This document shows, piece by piece, positions 9,461 through 22,507 of a stretch of 64,000 nt of DNA. How positions within the stretch are numbered: the first letter of the stretch is position 1; every line of letters begins with the position of its first letter. Under the pieces are notes generated by a model. It was not told the origin of the DNA, searched no databases, and saw only the letters and a program-made list of their open reading frames with translations. A program made the position numbers and the translations under genes. The DNA comes from an uncultured Planctomycetota bacterium (GTDB lineage: Bacteria; Planctomycetota; Planctomycetia; Isosphaerales; Isosphaeraceae): positions 1-64,000 of the forward strand of contig CAWJTV010000039.1 of NCBI GenBank assembly GCA_963845755.1, read 5' to 3'.

Positions 9461-10663
9461 ATGAATTCTCAGACTGCCACCGAAAACCTGGATTCCGCGA
9501 ACCCTGCGACCGCCGCTGAACCGGAGGCTTCGTCGAACCCCGAGGCCGCCACCGGAGCCGAGGCTTCGCCTCCCGCACCGCTCCGCAGCGTGCACACCGC
9601 GAATTTCCCCGCGATCCTGGAGCAGTTAGGCATTTCGGTCCTCGTCACCACCTACCAGGCGGGCAAGCTGGTGATGCTCCGGCCCGACGGCGGCGGCTCA
9701 ACACGCACTTCCGCGGCTTCAACAAGCCGATGGGCCTGGCCGTGCGACGGCGACCGGCTGGCCGTCGGCACCGGCGCTGGAGATCTGGGAGTACCACAAC
9801 GTCCCGGCCGTCGCCCGCCGGCTGGAGCCCGCCGGCCGGCACGACGCCTGCTTCCTGCCGCGTCGCGGCCATTGCACCGGCGACATCCAGATCCACGAGA
9901 TGGCCTGGGGCGCGCGAGCGATCTCTGGTTCGTCAACACGCGCTTCTCCTGCCTGTGCACGCTCGACCGGATTCACAGCTTCGTGCCGCGCTGGCGGCCG
10001 CCGTTCATCACCGCGCTGGCCCCCGAGGACCGCTGCCACCTGAACGGCCTGTGCCTGGTCGAGGGCCGGCCCGCGTACGTCACCGCCCTGGGCGAGACCG
10101 ACACGCAGGGCGGCTGGCGGGCCAACAAGAAGGACGGCGGCGTCCTTGATCGAGGTGGAGACCGGCCGGGTGCTGCTGCGCGGCCTGTCGATGCCGCACT
10201 CGCCGCGCTGGCACGACGGCCGCCTCTGGCTGCTGGAATCGGGCACCGGCGGCATCGGCTACGTCGACCCCTGGACGCGGCGCTACGAGCCGGATCGCCG
10301 AGCTGCCCGGCTTCACGCGCGGCCTCGATTTCGCCGGCAACCTGGCCTTCGTCGGCCTGTCGCAGGTGCGCGAGACGCGCCATCTTCAGCGGCATCCCCA
10401 TCGCCGAGCGGCCGGTCGAGGAACGCCGCTGCGGCGTCTGGGTGGTGGACATCACCACCGGCGCGACGGTGGCCTTCGTCAAGTTCGAGGACGCGGTGCA
10501 GGAGATCTTCGCCGTGCAGGTGCTGCCCGGCATCCGCTACCCCGACGCTGATCAACGACAACAACGCCCCTGATCGCCGACTCGTTCGTCCTGCCCGACC
10601 AGGCGCTGGGCACTCGTGCCGGCGCCGCTGCGTTTCCCTGCCCGTCAAACGATCGCATGCTGA
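9461..10663 (+). CDS. TIGR03032 (DUF4915)-family protein, frameshifted in this sequence
   Basis: Recognised motifs LRSVHTANFPAIL...TTYQAGKL, NTHFRGFNKPMGLA, TGDIQIHEMAWG, FVNTRFSCLCTL, SFVPRWRPPF, EDRCHLNGL, GLSMPHSPRWH, LPGFTRGL, FVGLSQVRE, VQEIFAVQVLPG. Confidence 0.85.
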
Positions 10664-10703
10664 ATCACACGTTCAGTCTCTCACCTTTAGGAGGTAAATA
10701 ACC

Positions 10704-13700
10704 ATGACTGCCTCGAACCAGTTTCCCAAGCGATTCGGACGCAAAGACGCTTCGTTTCTCCGGCCGGGCGCACGGTAGCATCGCGCCGGTCACAGGCCCG
10801 GCGAACGCGCCCGTCCTCGACCTGCTCGAAGAGCGAACGATGCTATCGACGACCATCACGGTCAACACACTCGCCGATCAGATCGATCAGGCCGGGAGCC
10901 CGACGGTCTCCCTGCGCGACGCGATCGCAGGCGAACGTCAACTGCGGTGCCACGATCGTGTTCGCCCCCGGTCTGGCCAGCCAGAACGCCGGTTTCGGCG
11001 CGGGCGTCATCGGCCTGACGAGCGTCGGCGACAGCACCGCCGGCCCTTCCGCCTTGGGAGTGAGCAGCAACGTCCGCATCGTCGGCCCGTCCACGGGCCC
11101 GGGTATCACCGTCGAGCGGCCTGCGACGGCGCCAGGGATCAACGTTCCCAACATGCGGCTGTTTTACGTCGCCCCTACGGGTAACCTGACCCTGGACAAC
11201 CTCACCCTGCAAGGGGGGATCGCCTTGGGGGGTAACGGCGCGGGTGACGGCGGCGGCGGCGCCGGCCTGGGCGGAGCCGTTTTCAATCAAGGCGGCCTGA
11301 ACATTCAGAACAGCCTTTTGACCGGCAACACGGCCCGCGGCGGCGCGGGTTACGGCGCCGGTAACGAAGGCGGCGGCGGCGGCGGCGGCGGTATGGGTGG
11401 CAACGGCACAAACGGCCCCGGCCGGGGAACGACGACCCCACCTTACTTTGGCTACGGCGGCGGTCCCAACGCTGGCAACCCCAACGGCGGCCCCGGCTAC
11501 TCGCACGGCTCCTACGTGGGCATCAATGGCGGCTTCGGCGGCGGCGGTTCCGCCGGTACGACCTTCGGCGCCAAGGGCGGCTTCGGCGGCGGCGGCGGCG
11601 GCAGCGGCAGCAGCGGCAGCGGCGGCTACGTGAGTGGGTATGCCGTCGGCGGCGACGGAGGCTTCGGCGGCGGCGGCGCCGGCGGCCGAACAGACCCCAA
11701 CGGCGGCATGGCCGGCTTCTCGGAGTTCGGCGGCGGCGAAGGCACCACGGGCGTATTACTGACTGCCATTGGCTCCGCCGTCGGCGGCGGCGGCGCGGGC
11801 TTTGGCGGCACCATCTTTAACGACCAGACAAGCGTCACGATCACCAACACCACCATCACCGGCAACCTGGCCGCCGCCGGTCCCAGCCCCGTCCATGCCG
11901 GCATGGGCGCCGGAGCCGGTATCTTTAACTATAACGGCACCGTCGCCGTCAACTACAGCACCCTCGTCCAGAACTACGCCGCCCAGGGCGGCGCCGACAT
12001 CTACAACCTTGCCGACGGCGTGGGCAGCGAAGCCGTTCTCGTTCTCAACGACAGCATCCTGGCCGACAGCCAAGGCTCCAGCGAAGACTTGCACTCGGCC
12101 AGCAACAATTCCGGCATCCCCGGGGTGCTGGGCACGAACAACCTGATCATGTCCTTGGCGGGAGCACCACCACCAGCCCATTCCTCATCAGCACCGCCAA
12201 CCCCATGCTCGGCCCGCTCCAGAACAACGGCGGCCCAACGCTAGACCATGGCCCCGCTGGTTGGCAGTCCCGTCATCAACCAGGGGGCCAACTCCGCGGC
12301 CCTGGGAGTGACGACCGATGCCCGCGGCCTGCCACGCATTTACGAGTACCCTAACGTCGCCAATTCCCCCAACGGTGACGGCAGCGACCTCGGGCGCCGT
12401 CGAGCTAGAGCCCCCGTCGATCCGGGTCGTGGCCGGCTCGGGCCAGAGCCAACCTCAACACGGCGGTGGCCAAGCCCTTGCAGGTCCAAGTTTTCGACGA
12501 CGGCGAACCGGCGGCCGGCGAGACGGTAATCTTCGCGGCCCCGTTGGGCGTTTTGATCAACCCCAATCTGCCCGGAGGGTCATTCCCCACGGGGCTTACG
12601 GCCAGCGTGGCCACCAACACCAACGGCATCGCCATCGCGCCGGCCTTAACCGCCAACGGCAACGCCGGCTCGTACTCCGTCACCGCCGCAGCCGCGGTCA
12701 ACAACACTGACGTCGGCCCGGTCTCCTTCACAGAGACGAACACCGTTCCCCCTACGGTCGTCACCGGCGGGCCCTACACGATTGCCCAAGGCCAATCGCT
12801 CTCACTCAACGCCTCGGGCTCGACCGACCCGTACGGCAAGACCCTGAGCTACTCGTGGACGATCAACGGCCACGCCAATGCCGCCACCGGCATCATGGCC
12901 ACGCTTACCTGGGCCCAGATCCAGGCCCTTGGCCTCGACATTGGAGTCGGGACCTTCCCAAACGTCATCAGCGTCCAGGTCTCCGACGGTGTGATGCAGC
13001 CCTACAACGTCTCGACGTCGCTGACGATCACGGACACTCCGCCAACGCCCGCGATCGCGGGCCTGCCCTCGGGAAATGCCGCCGCGGGTGCGGCCCTGAC
13101 GCTTACCGGTTCCGTCACCGACGTGAGCACGGCCGAGACCGCGGCCGGGTTTGACGATCTCTGGGAGGTCAGCGCCGGCCCGGGCCAGACGGTCATCGCC
13201 GGTCAGCAGCTCAACCTCAATGGCCAAGATCCGTTGCCACTCCCGTCCGGCCTGATTGCCAACGTCGCCTCGCTGACCGTCCAAGTGACCTTCCAGACCA
13301 CTGCCGACGGAGTGATCTTCGGCTACCAGAACCAGCCGGCCGGCACCACGCCGAATGCCTACATGCCGGCCTTGTACGTCGGCAGCAATGGCCTACTCTA
13401 CGCCGAGATCTTCGACGGCAGCTTCCGGCAGATGGTCAGCAGCACCCCGGTCAACGACGGCCAGCAGCACACCGCGGAACTGATCGAGACCGGCAGCGCC
13501 CAGTCGCTGTACCTGGATGGCGCCCTGGTCGCCACGCTCGCCGGCGTCCCGAACCCGAACTTTACGTACGACCAGCTCGGCACCGGCTACACTGTCGGCT
13601 ATCCGAATACTCCCGGCGGCTACTTCCCCTTCGTCGGCACGATCGACAAAGTACAGATCACCACGGGGAGTATGCTGACGGGATCAGTCTCGTTCCCAAC

Positions 13701-16321
13701 GAGCAGCAACAATCAGCTCATCCTGACCCCGCCGGTGCCGGGAACTTACTCAATCGGGCTTCAGTCCACGGACGAGAACGGCGGCACGGGCCTAACCAGC
13801 CGGAGCCTCGTCGCCGTGACACCGACCACCACGCCGGCGATCGGCGGCCTGCCCGCAAGAAGCCCAGAGGGTACGCCGATCACCCTGACGGCCTCTGCCA
13901 CCGATCTGGTGCCCTCGCTTCTTGCCGCCGGCATCAACTACGTCTGGTCCGTGACCGGAGGCCCGGGACAAGACGTGATCGCCGGCCAAGGTTTGAATCT
14001 CAACGGCAGCAATCCCGTGTCGTTGCCCAACGGCCTGATCTCGGACGCCACGCCGCTCGCCGTGAACGTGACGTTCCAGACAACTGCCGACGGAGTGATC
14101 TTCGGCTACCAGAACCAGCCGGCCGGCACCACGCCGAATGCCTACATGCCGGCCTTGTACGTCGGCAGCAATGGCCTACTCTACGCCGAGATCTTCGACG
14201 GCAGCTTCCGGCAGATGGTCAGCAGCACCACGGTCAACGACGGCAAGGTGCACACTGCGGAATTGATCGAGACGGGCAGCCCCAGTCGTTATACCTGGAT
14301 GGCGCCCTGGTCGCCACGCTCGCCGGCGTCCCGAACCCGAACTTTACATACGACCAGCTCGGCACCGGCTACACTTTCGGCTATCCGAATACTAATGGCG
14401 GCTACTTCCCCTTCGTCGGCACGATCGACAAGGTACAGATCACCACGGGGAGTCGGCTGACGGGATCCGTCTCGTTCCCAACGAGCAGCAACAATCAGCT
14501 CACCTTCACGCCGCCTGACGTGGGAACCTACACGATCGGCCTCTCGGCCACAGACCTCTATGGCGGCACGGGCGTCACGACGGCGTCGCTCACCGCGACC
14601 GACGTCCCTCCCACGCCGACGATCACCGGCCTGCCCACGAGCAGTCCCGAGGGCACGGCGATCACGCTGACGGCGTCCGCCACCGACATCAGCCCATTGA
14701 CGACGGCCGCCGGCTTCGACTACGTCTGGAGCGTGAACGCGGGCACGGGACAGCAACTCGTCGCCGGCCAAAACCTGACCTTCAACGGCTCGAACCCGAT
14801 CGCCCTGCCCACCGGCCTCATCAACGGCGCCACCAGCCTCACGGTGGACGTCACGTTCCAGACCACCGCGGGCGGTGTGATCCTCGGCTACCAGAACCGG
14901 GCCCTCGGCACCACGCCGACGAATTACGTGCCGGCCCTCTACGTCGGCACCAACGGCCTGCTCTATGCCGAGATCTGGAACGGAGCCGTCCACCCGATCA
15001 CGAGCACGACCAAGGTCAACGACGGCCAGCAGCACACCGCGGTGTTCACCCTCTCCGGATCGACCGAGACCCTCACGCTCGATGGCAAGCTGGTCGGGAC
15101 GCTTACGGGCGCGCCCAGACGCTGGACATGACCTTCGACGAGCTGGGCAGCGGCGAGACCGCGGGCTGGCCGGCGGGAACCGGGGGCTTCGATCCGTTCG
15201 CCGGCACACTCGCCAAGGTGCAGGTCACATCCGGCAATCTGCTGACGGGATCGGTGTCGTTCCCGACCAGCGGCGGCAACCAGCTCACCTTCACGCCGCC
15301 TGACGCCGGGACCGACACGATCGGCCTCTCGGCCACGGACGTCTATGGCCTCACGGGCGTCAAGACGGCGTCGCTCACCGAGACCGAAATCCCGGTGACC
15401 GTCAATGCGGGGGCTAACGCGGTGGTCCCGCAGGCCACGGCGTTCACTCAAACCGGCTCGTTCACCGATGCCCCCGGAGATGGACCGTGGTCGGCGACAG
15501 TCAACTACGGTGACGGCACCGGCAAGCAGTCGCTGGCGGTGAACGCCAACATGACCTTCACGCTCAGCCACACCTTCGCCAATGCGGGCACGTTCACGAC
15601 GACGGTGACGGTGACCAACCAGGATGGTCTCACCGGCACGGCCACGTTCAATGTGACCGTCAGCGGCTTCACGGTCAACGACGGCAGCTCGCAGCAGTCG
15701 ATGGTCAGGAGCCTGACCTACGTCTTCCCCTACCCGACCCAGGTCGAGCCGGACGCCTTCGTGCTGCTGCGCGACGGCAAGCCCAGCCACGTCCACCTGA
15801 ACATCGCGCCGCAGCCCGACGGGATGACCTACCTGATCACGTTCAGCGGACCGGGGGTGATCGGCGGCTCGGTGCCCGACGGCAACTACACGCTGATCAC
15901 CTTGTACAACAAGGTCAACGTCCTCTCGGGCCCGCCGATCACGGCCAACGACGTCAACACGTTCGTCCGCCTTTTCGGTGACGTCAACGGCGATGGAGTT
16001 GTGAACGCCGCGGACAAGGCCTACCTCTTGCAGGCCGAGGCGAACCCAGCGTCACCTTATGCACCTGACTTCGAGTACGACGGCAAGGACGTGATCGATA
16101 AAACCGACATCGCCCAGTTCAACAAGCGATACAAGGGCCCGATGGACCCGCCCGCGAAGGCCCCTGCCAAGTTCCCAGGACGGAAGGTGCGGCATCATGT
16201 CGCGGCACATTACGCAGCGACGACGGCCCGACCGGCGGGCGCGATCGCGGTGAAGGCCGCGGGTGGGGCGGGGATCGTCCGCAGCAACCTGCTGCCTCCT
16301 GGCAAGGTGCGTCATCGTTGA
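10704..16321 (+). CDS. Giant secreted surface protein SP1 (planctomycete extracellular/LEPR-XLL-type leader, CSLREA-like, Gly-rich, choice-of-anchor-Q-like, Ig/PKD, 3 LamG-like, dockerin-like C-terminus); several frameshifts
   Basis: AGGAGG RBS and ATG 10704; RPVLDLLEERTMLS; VNTLADQID...SLRDAI; GGFGGGG repeats; LGPLQNNGGPT...DARGLPR...DLGAVE; three VTFQTT...LYVG.NGLLYAE...VNDG..H units; VNYGDG PKD; FGDVNGDGVVN. Confidence 0.85.
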
Positions 16322-16491
16322 TTCCGTGCCGCGCGCCCGAGCGCGTCCGCCATCTCCCGCGGGGCCCGCAGACGCCTCGGGACGCTTTCCCAAGTCCCCT
16401 TGTCAGCCCTCCAGAACATTTTGGTCGTCTTACCCCCCTGACTGACGTCACCCTCCGCCCATCGGGCGGATCTTCCCAGGAGCCTCCTGCC

Positions 16492-19400
16492 ATGAGCCTA
16501 CAATCCCGGATCAACGGACTCTTCGGTCAAAAGTCCCCATTGCCCCGGCGCCGCCGGGTCGGTGCGGCCGGCGCACGGATCGCGGCGGCGAACGCGCCCT
16601 GTCCTCGACCTGCTCGAGGGACGGACGATGCTATCCACGACCATCACGGTCAACACCCTCGTCGATCAGATCGATCAGGCCGGGAGCCCGACGGTCTCCC
16701 TGCGCGACGCGATCAACGAGTCGAACCAGGACGGCGGTGCCACCATCGAGTTCGCCGCCGGTCTGGCCAGCCAGAACGCCGGTTTCGGCCAGGGCGTCAT
16801 CGGCCTGACGAGCGTCGGCGACGGCACCGCCGGCCCGTCCGCCCTGGGAGTGAGCAGTAACGTCAGCATCGTCGGGCCGTCCACGGGCCCGGGTATCACC
16901 GTCGAACGGCCTGCGACGGCTCCGGGGATCAACGTCCCCAATATGCGTCTGTTTTACGTGGCTTCCACGGGCGATCTGACTCTGGACAACCTCACGCTGG
17001 AAGGCGGGGTCGCCCTGGGCGGCAACGGCGCCGGTGATGGCGGCGGCGGCGCCGGCCTGGGCGGCGCCATCTTCAATCAAGGGTTTTTGGACATCCAGAA
17101 CAGCCTCTTGACCGGCAACACGGCCCGCGGCGGCGCGGCCTACGGCGGCTTCGGCGGCGGCGGCGGCGGTATGGGAGGCAATGGCACACACGGAGTCGGC
17201 GAGGGCGAGAACCATGGCTACGGCGGCGGTCCCAACGCGGGCAACCCGAACGGCGCCCCGGGCTCCTCGAACGGCTCCTACGTGGGTATCAATGGCGGTT
17301 TCGGCGGCGGCGGCTCCGACGGTTTTGTCTTCGGCGCCAAGGGCGGTTTCGGCGGCGGCGGCGGCGGCAGCTATGGCGGCGGTTTCAGTCCTTATGGCAA
17401 CGGCGGTGACGGCGGCTTCGGCGGCGGCGGCGGCGGCGGTCAAACGAACCCCGGAGGCGAGGGCATGGCCGGCGTCTCGGAGTTCGGCGGCGGCGAGGGC
17501 ACCACGATAACTGGTGGCGCACTCGCCCTCGCCTACGGCGGCGGCGGCGCGGGCTTTGGCGGCGCCATCTTCAACGACCAGACAAGCGTCACCATCACCA
17601 ACACCACCATCACCGGCAACCTGGCCGCCGCCGGCCCCAGCCCCGTCCATGACGGCATGGGCGCCGGCACGGCATCTTCAACTACAACGGCACGGTCGCC
17701 GTTATCTACAGCACCTTCGCCCAGAACTACGCCGCCCAGGGCGGCGCCGACATCTACAACCTCGCCGACGGCGTGGGCGGCGACGCCGTTCTCGTTCTCA
17801 ACGACAGCATCCTGGCCGACAGCCAAGGCTCCAGCGAAGACTTGCACTCGGCCGGCAACAATACCGGCATCCCCGGGGTGCTGGGCACGAACAACCTGAT
17901 CATGTCCGCGACGGGCGCCACCACCACCAGCCCATTCCTCATCAGCAGCGCCAACCCCATGCTCGGCCCGCTCCAGAACAACGGCGGCCCGACGCCGACC
18001 ATGGCCCCGCTGGTTGGCAGTCCCGTCATCGACCAGGGGGCGAATTCCACGGCGCTGGGAGTGACGACCGATGCCCGCGGCCTGCCACGCATTTACGAGT
18101 ATCCTAACGTCGCCAATGCCCCCAACGGCGACGGCAGCGACCTGGGCGCCGTCGAGCTAGAGCCCCCGTCGATCCGGGTCGTCGCCGGCTCGGGCCAGAG
18201 CACAACCTCAACACGGCGCTGGCACAGCCCTTGCAGGTCGAGGTCCTCGACGACGGTGAACCGGCACCCGGCGTGATCGTCACGTTCGCAGCCGCGTTGT
18301 CGTTCAATCCCCTTACAGGCAGCCCTGAGCCGACCGCCTCGTTTGCCGGCGGGATCGGCGGTGCCGAGGCGACCACCAACGCCCAAGGGATCGCGACGGC
18401 ACCCTTCCTCACGGCTAACGGCGTCGCGGGCTCCTATCTCGTTGGCGCCGACGCCCTTGTCGCCGGGGCAGATGTCGGCCCTGTCGCCTTCTCGGAAACC
18501 AACACCGTTCCTCCGACGGTCGTCACCGGCGGGCCATACACGATTGCCCAAGGCCAATCGCTCTCACTCAACGCCTCGGGCTCGACCGACCCGTACGGCA
18601 AGACCCTGACCTACTCGTGGACGATCAACGGCCACACGAACGCGGCCACCGGCGTCAACCCGACGCTCACCTGGAACCAGCTCGAGCATCTGGGCCTCGA
18701 CGTCGGAGCCGGGACCTTCCCGAACGTCATCAGCCTCCAGGTCGCCGATGGCGTCGTCCCGCCCTACACCGTCTCGACGTCGCTCACGATCAACGACACC
18801 CCGCCCGAGCCCGCGATCCTCAACCTGCCGTTGGGAAATCTCCCCGTGGGTTCGCCCCTGACACTCACGGCGTCCGGCACCGACGTCAGCTCCGCCGAGA
18901 TCGCCGCCGGACTCGACGACCTCTTCGAAGTCGGCGCCGGCACCGGTCAGACGGTCGTCGCCGGCCAGCAGCTTAACTTCGACGGCAAGAACCCGGTGCC
19001 CTTGCCCTCGGGCCTGATCGCCAACGCCGCCTCGCTGACCGTCGTCGTGACCTTCCAGACCACCTCCGACGGAGTGATCCTCGGCTACCAGAACCAGCCG
19101 GCCGGCACTACGCCGAATGGATACATGCCGGCCTTGTACGTCGGCAGCAACGGCCTACTCTACGCCGAGATCTTCGACGGCACCTTCCGGCAGATGGTCA
19201 GCAGCACCCCGGTCAACGACGGCCAGCAGCACACTGCGGAACTGATCGAGACCGGCACTGCCCAGTCGCTCTATCTCGATGGGACGCTGGTCGGGACACT
19301 CAGTGGCACGCCCAACCCGCTGAACATGACCTACGACCGCTCGGCACGGGCTACACGCTCGGCTACCCCAACGCCCCCGCCGGCTATTTTCCCTTCACCG

Positions 19401-21112
19401 GCACGATCGACCAGGTGCAGATCACCGAGGGAAGTCTGCTGTCCGGGTCGGTCTCATTCCCGGCAAATAGCAACTATGCGATCACCTTCACACCGCCCGC
19501 CCCGGGGACCGACACCATCGGCCTGTCGGCCACGGACTTTCAGGGCGGCACGGGCGTCACGACGGCGTCGCTCGCCGTGACCGACGTCCCTCCCTCGCCG
19601 ACGATCGCCGGCCTGCCCACGAGCAGCCTCGCGGGCACGGCGATCGCGCTGACGGGGTCCGCCACCGACGTCAGCCCATCCACGACGGCCGCCGGATTCG
19701 ACTACCTCTGGAGCGTGAGCGCGGGCACGGGACAGCAGGCCGTCGCCGGCCAGGACCTCACTTTCAACGGCTCGAACCCGATCGCCCTGCCCTCCGGCTT
19801 TATCAATGGCGCCACCAGCCTCACGGTGGACGTCACCTTCGAGACTACCGCGGGCGGTGTGATCCTCGGCTACCAGAACCGTGCCCTTGGCACCAGGCCG
19901 ACGAATTACGTTCCGGCCCTCTACGTCGGCACCAACGGCCTGCTCTACGCCGAGATCTGGAACGGGGCCGTCCAACCGATCACGAGCACGACCAAGGTCA
20001 ACGACGGCCAGCAGCACACCGCGGTGTTCACCCTCTCCGGATCGACCGAAACCCTCACTCTCGATGGTAACTTGGTAGGGACGCGCACGGGCTCGCCCCA
20101 AGCGCTGGACATGACCTTCGACGAGCTGGGTAGCGGCGAGACCGCATTCTGGCCGGGGGGGACCGGCGGCTTCGATCCGTTCGTCGGTACCCTCGCCAAG
20201 GTGCAGGTCACATCCGGCACGCTGCTGACGAGCTCGGTGACGTTCCCGACCAGCGGTGGCAATCAGGTGACCTTCACGCCCCCCGCCGCCGGGACCGACA
20301 CGATCGGCCTGTCGGCCACCGACGTCTATGGCAGCACGGGTGTGACCGCGAGCAATCCCCTCACCGTCACGGCGATCACGTTCAACCTGCCCACCGGCAC
20401 CGTCCAGGCCGTCCAGGGCCAGGCCTTCAGCCTCACGGGCAGCGTCACGGATCCCACGGGCGACTCGCCGTATTTCTTGAGCGCGAATTACGGCGACGGC
20501 ACCATCAACCGGCTGGGGAGCTATGCGGTCACCTCCTTCACGGCCAGCCATGCCTATGCCGACGCCGGCGACTACACCGTGACCCTGACGTTCAACGACG
20601 CCGCGGGCCACACCGCGCAGGCCGCGTTCCAGGTGATCGTCTCGGGCTTCACCGTCAACGACGGCAGTCCCAAGCCATCGATGGTCACGAGCCTGACCTA
20701 CACCTTCACGAACCCCGTGCAGCTCGAACCGGGCGCATTCGAGCTGCTGCGCGATGGTCGTCCCACCCGAATCCACCTGGCGCTCGACGAACAGCCCGAC
20801 CAGCAGACCTTCCTGATCGCGTTCAGCGGGCCGGGTGTCGTCAACGGATCGCTGCCCGACGGATCCTACACGCTGATCACCCGCCACAAGAAGGTGAAGG
20901 TTCTGTCCGGCCCCGCGATGACCCGGAACGACGTCAACACGTTCGTCCGCCGCCCGGGTGATGCGGTCGGCGACGACAAGGGCAGGATCAACAAGACCGA
21001 CATCACCGACTTCAACAAGCGGTACACCGGCCGGATGGATCCGCCCAATAGGGCGCCGGCCAAGTTCCGCGGTCGGACCGAGCATCATCAGGGTGTGGTC
21101 CGTCCGGCCTGA
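16492..21112 (+). CDS. Giant secreted surface protein SP2, tandem paralog of SP1 with 2 LamG-like units; several frameshifts
   Basis: AGGAG RBS, MSLQSRINGLFGQKS...RRRTRPVLDLLEGRTMLS. Same domain order as SP1 with long near-identical DNA blocks. Confidence 0.85.
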
Positions 21113-21340
21113 TCGCATCTCCGCCGATCGGGCGCGATCGCGGTCGAGGCCACGGATGGGACGCGGATTTCCGTCCTCCCTGCGCCGTCGATGAGACCGG
21201 TGGCTGGCGCCGGGGCCGCCCTGGGGGGCCGTAGGCCAAGGATGGCCCGCCGTCCCGACTCATGACGGCCCCGATCGAGTCCTTGAATCTCCTCTTCGCG
21301 CAGGAGCCGCTGGACGTCGCTCGGGGCCGCGTAAACGTCG

Positions 21341-21463
21341 GAGATCTTCGCCGTGCCGGCGCTGCCCGGCATCCGCTTCTCCGACCTGATCGGTGACTCC
21401 GACCCCCTGATAAACGACTCGTTTGTCCTGCCCGACGAGTCGCTCGACGCTGTCCCTGCCCCC
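21341..21463 (+). pseudogene. C-terminal relic of a second TIGR03032-family gene
   Basis: EIFAVPALPGIRFSDLIGDSDPLINDSFVLPDESLDAVP matches the end of the 9461-10663 gene (EIFAVQVLPGIRYP.LINDN..LIADSFVLPDQAL). Confidence 0.75.
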
Positions 21464-21562
21464 CAAGTGGGAACGAGAGCCGTCGGCCGCGTGAGTGTGC
21501 GGCCGCGATTCGTCCCCCGGACATTCCGCGTGCTTCGATCACCCAGAATACCCCCACTCTCA

Positions 21563-22476
21563 GAGCGTGTCTTGGAATTCACTAAATCAATGAAAAACGG
21601 TACGAAACCCTTCGATTTCCCACCACGGAACGAAAGGAGTCGTACCGATGTCCCACACGGAACGGGCGAAATATCTCACGGACCTGACCGACGAGCAATG
21701 GCAGATCCTTCGAAAACTTCTGCCGCAGCCTTCGCGGCGAGGAGCTCCGCAGAAGATCTGCCGTCGCGCGGTCCTCGACGCGATCAACTACGTTGTTCGC
21801 AGCGGCTGCCCCTGGCGGCTTCTGCCTCACGAATTTCCCAACTGGAAGACAGTTTACGGAATCTTCCTCGGATGGCGCAACGACGGGACTTGGCAGAGGA
21901 TTCACGACACGCTCCGGGACATGCTTCGGCGTCGCCTGGGACGCAAGAAGTCGCCCAGCGCGGCGATTATCGACAGTCAAACCGTCAAGACGACCGAGGT
22001 CGGCGGCCAGCGGGGTTACGATGCCGGAAAGAAGATCAATGGACGCAAGCGTCATATCGTTGTCGATACACTGGGCCTGATCCTGGCCGTCGTCGTCCAT
22101 CCCGCCGATGTTCAGGACCAGGATGGAGGCGCTGCTGGTCTTGGGAATTCTCGGCCGGCTCAAAGAACGGTTCCATCGGCTGAAAGTGATCTTCGCCGAC
22201 AGCGCCTACGGCCGAAACAACCTGCCCGAGTGTGTCAAAGACGCCTTCGGGTGGTTGCTGCAAGCCGTGCTGAGACCAGCAAAGGTCAAAGGGTTCGTGG
22301 TGCTGCCGAAGCGTTGGATCGTCGAGCGGACCTTCGGCTGGCTTGGGCGATACCGGAGGCACAGCAAGGACTACGAGCGCAACGCCGCATCGAGCGAGGC
22401 AATGAACTATATCGCCATGATTCATATAATGCTCCGACGGCTTGCGTGCCACAAACCCTAATTCACAGACACGCTC
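21563..22476 (+). mobile_element. IS5-family insertion sequence (IS1031-like), 914 bp
   Basis: Terminal inverted repeats gagcgtgtcttggaatt / aattcacagacacgctc (15/17 match), flanked by a TCA direct repeat (21560-21562, 22477-22479). Confidence 0.92.
21648..22461 (+). CDS. IS5-family DDE transposase (frameshift near 22128)
   Basis: YLTDLTDEQW, SGCPWRLLPHEFPNWKTVY, IIDSQTVK, GYDAGKKINGRKRHIVVDTLGL, FADSAY, RWIVERTFGWL. Confidence 0.92.
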
Positions 22477-22507
22477 TCAGCGAGCGGCGTACAGAGGATC
22501 TCTTCCC

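Noticed and set aside
16398..16436. Additional cassette-type promoter upstream of SP2
   Set aside because: Only a loose resemblance (gccctccaga...gtcttac), and the second box does not match at the 14-nt spacing.
19454..21118. Long antisense ORFs (also 50343-52784, 54475-57072, 48185-49666 and others)
   Set aside because: Shadow frames of high-GC coding genes on the opposite strand, with no recognisable motifs.
22100..22140. Programmed frameshift in the IS5 transposase
   Set aside because: No slippery A-run at the site, and IS1031-like elements are usually single-ORF. One extra base matches the window-wide indel pattern.
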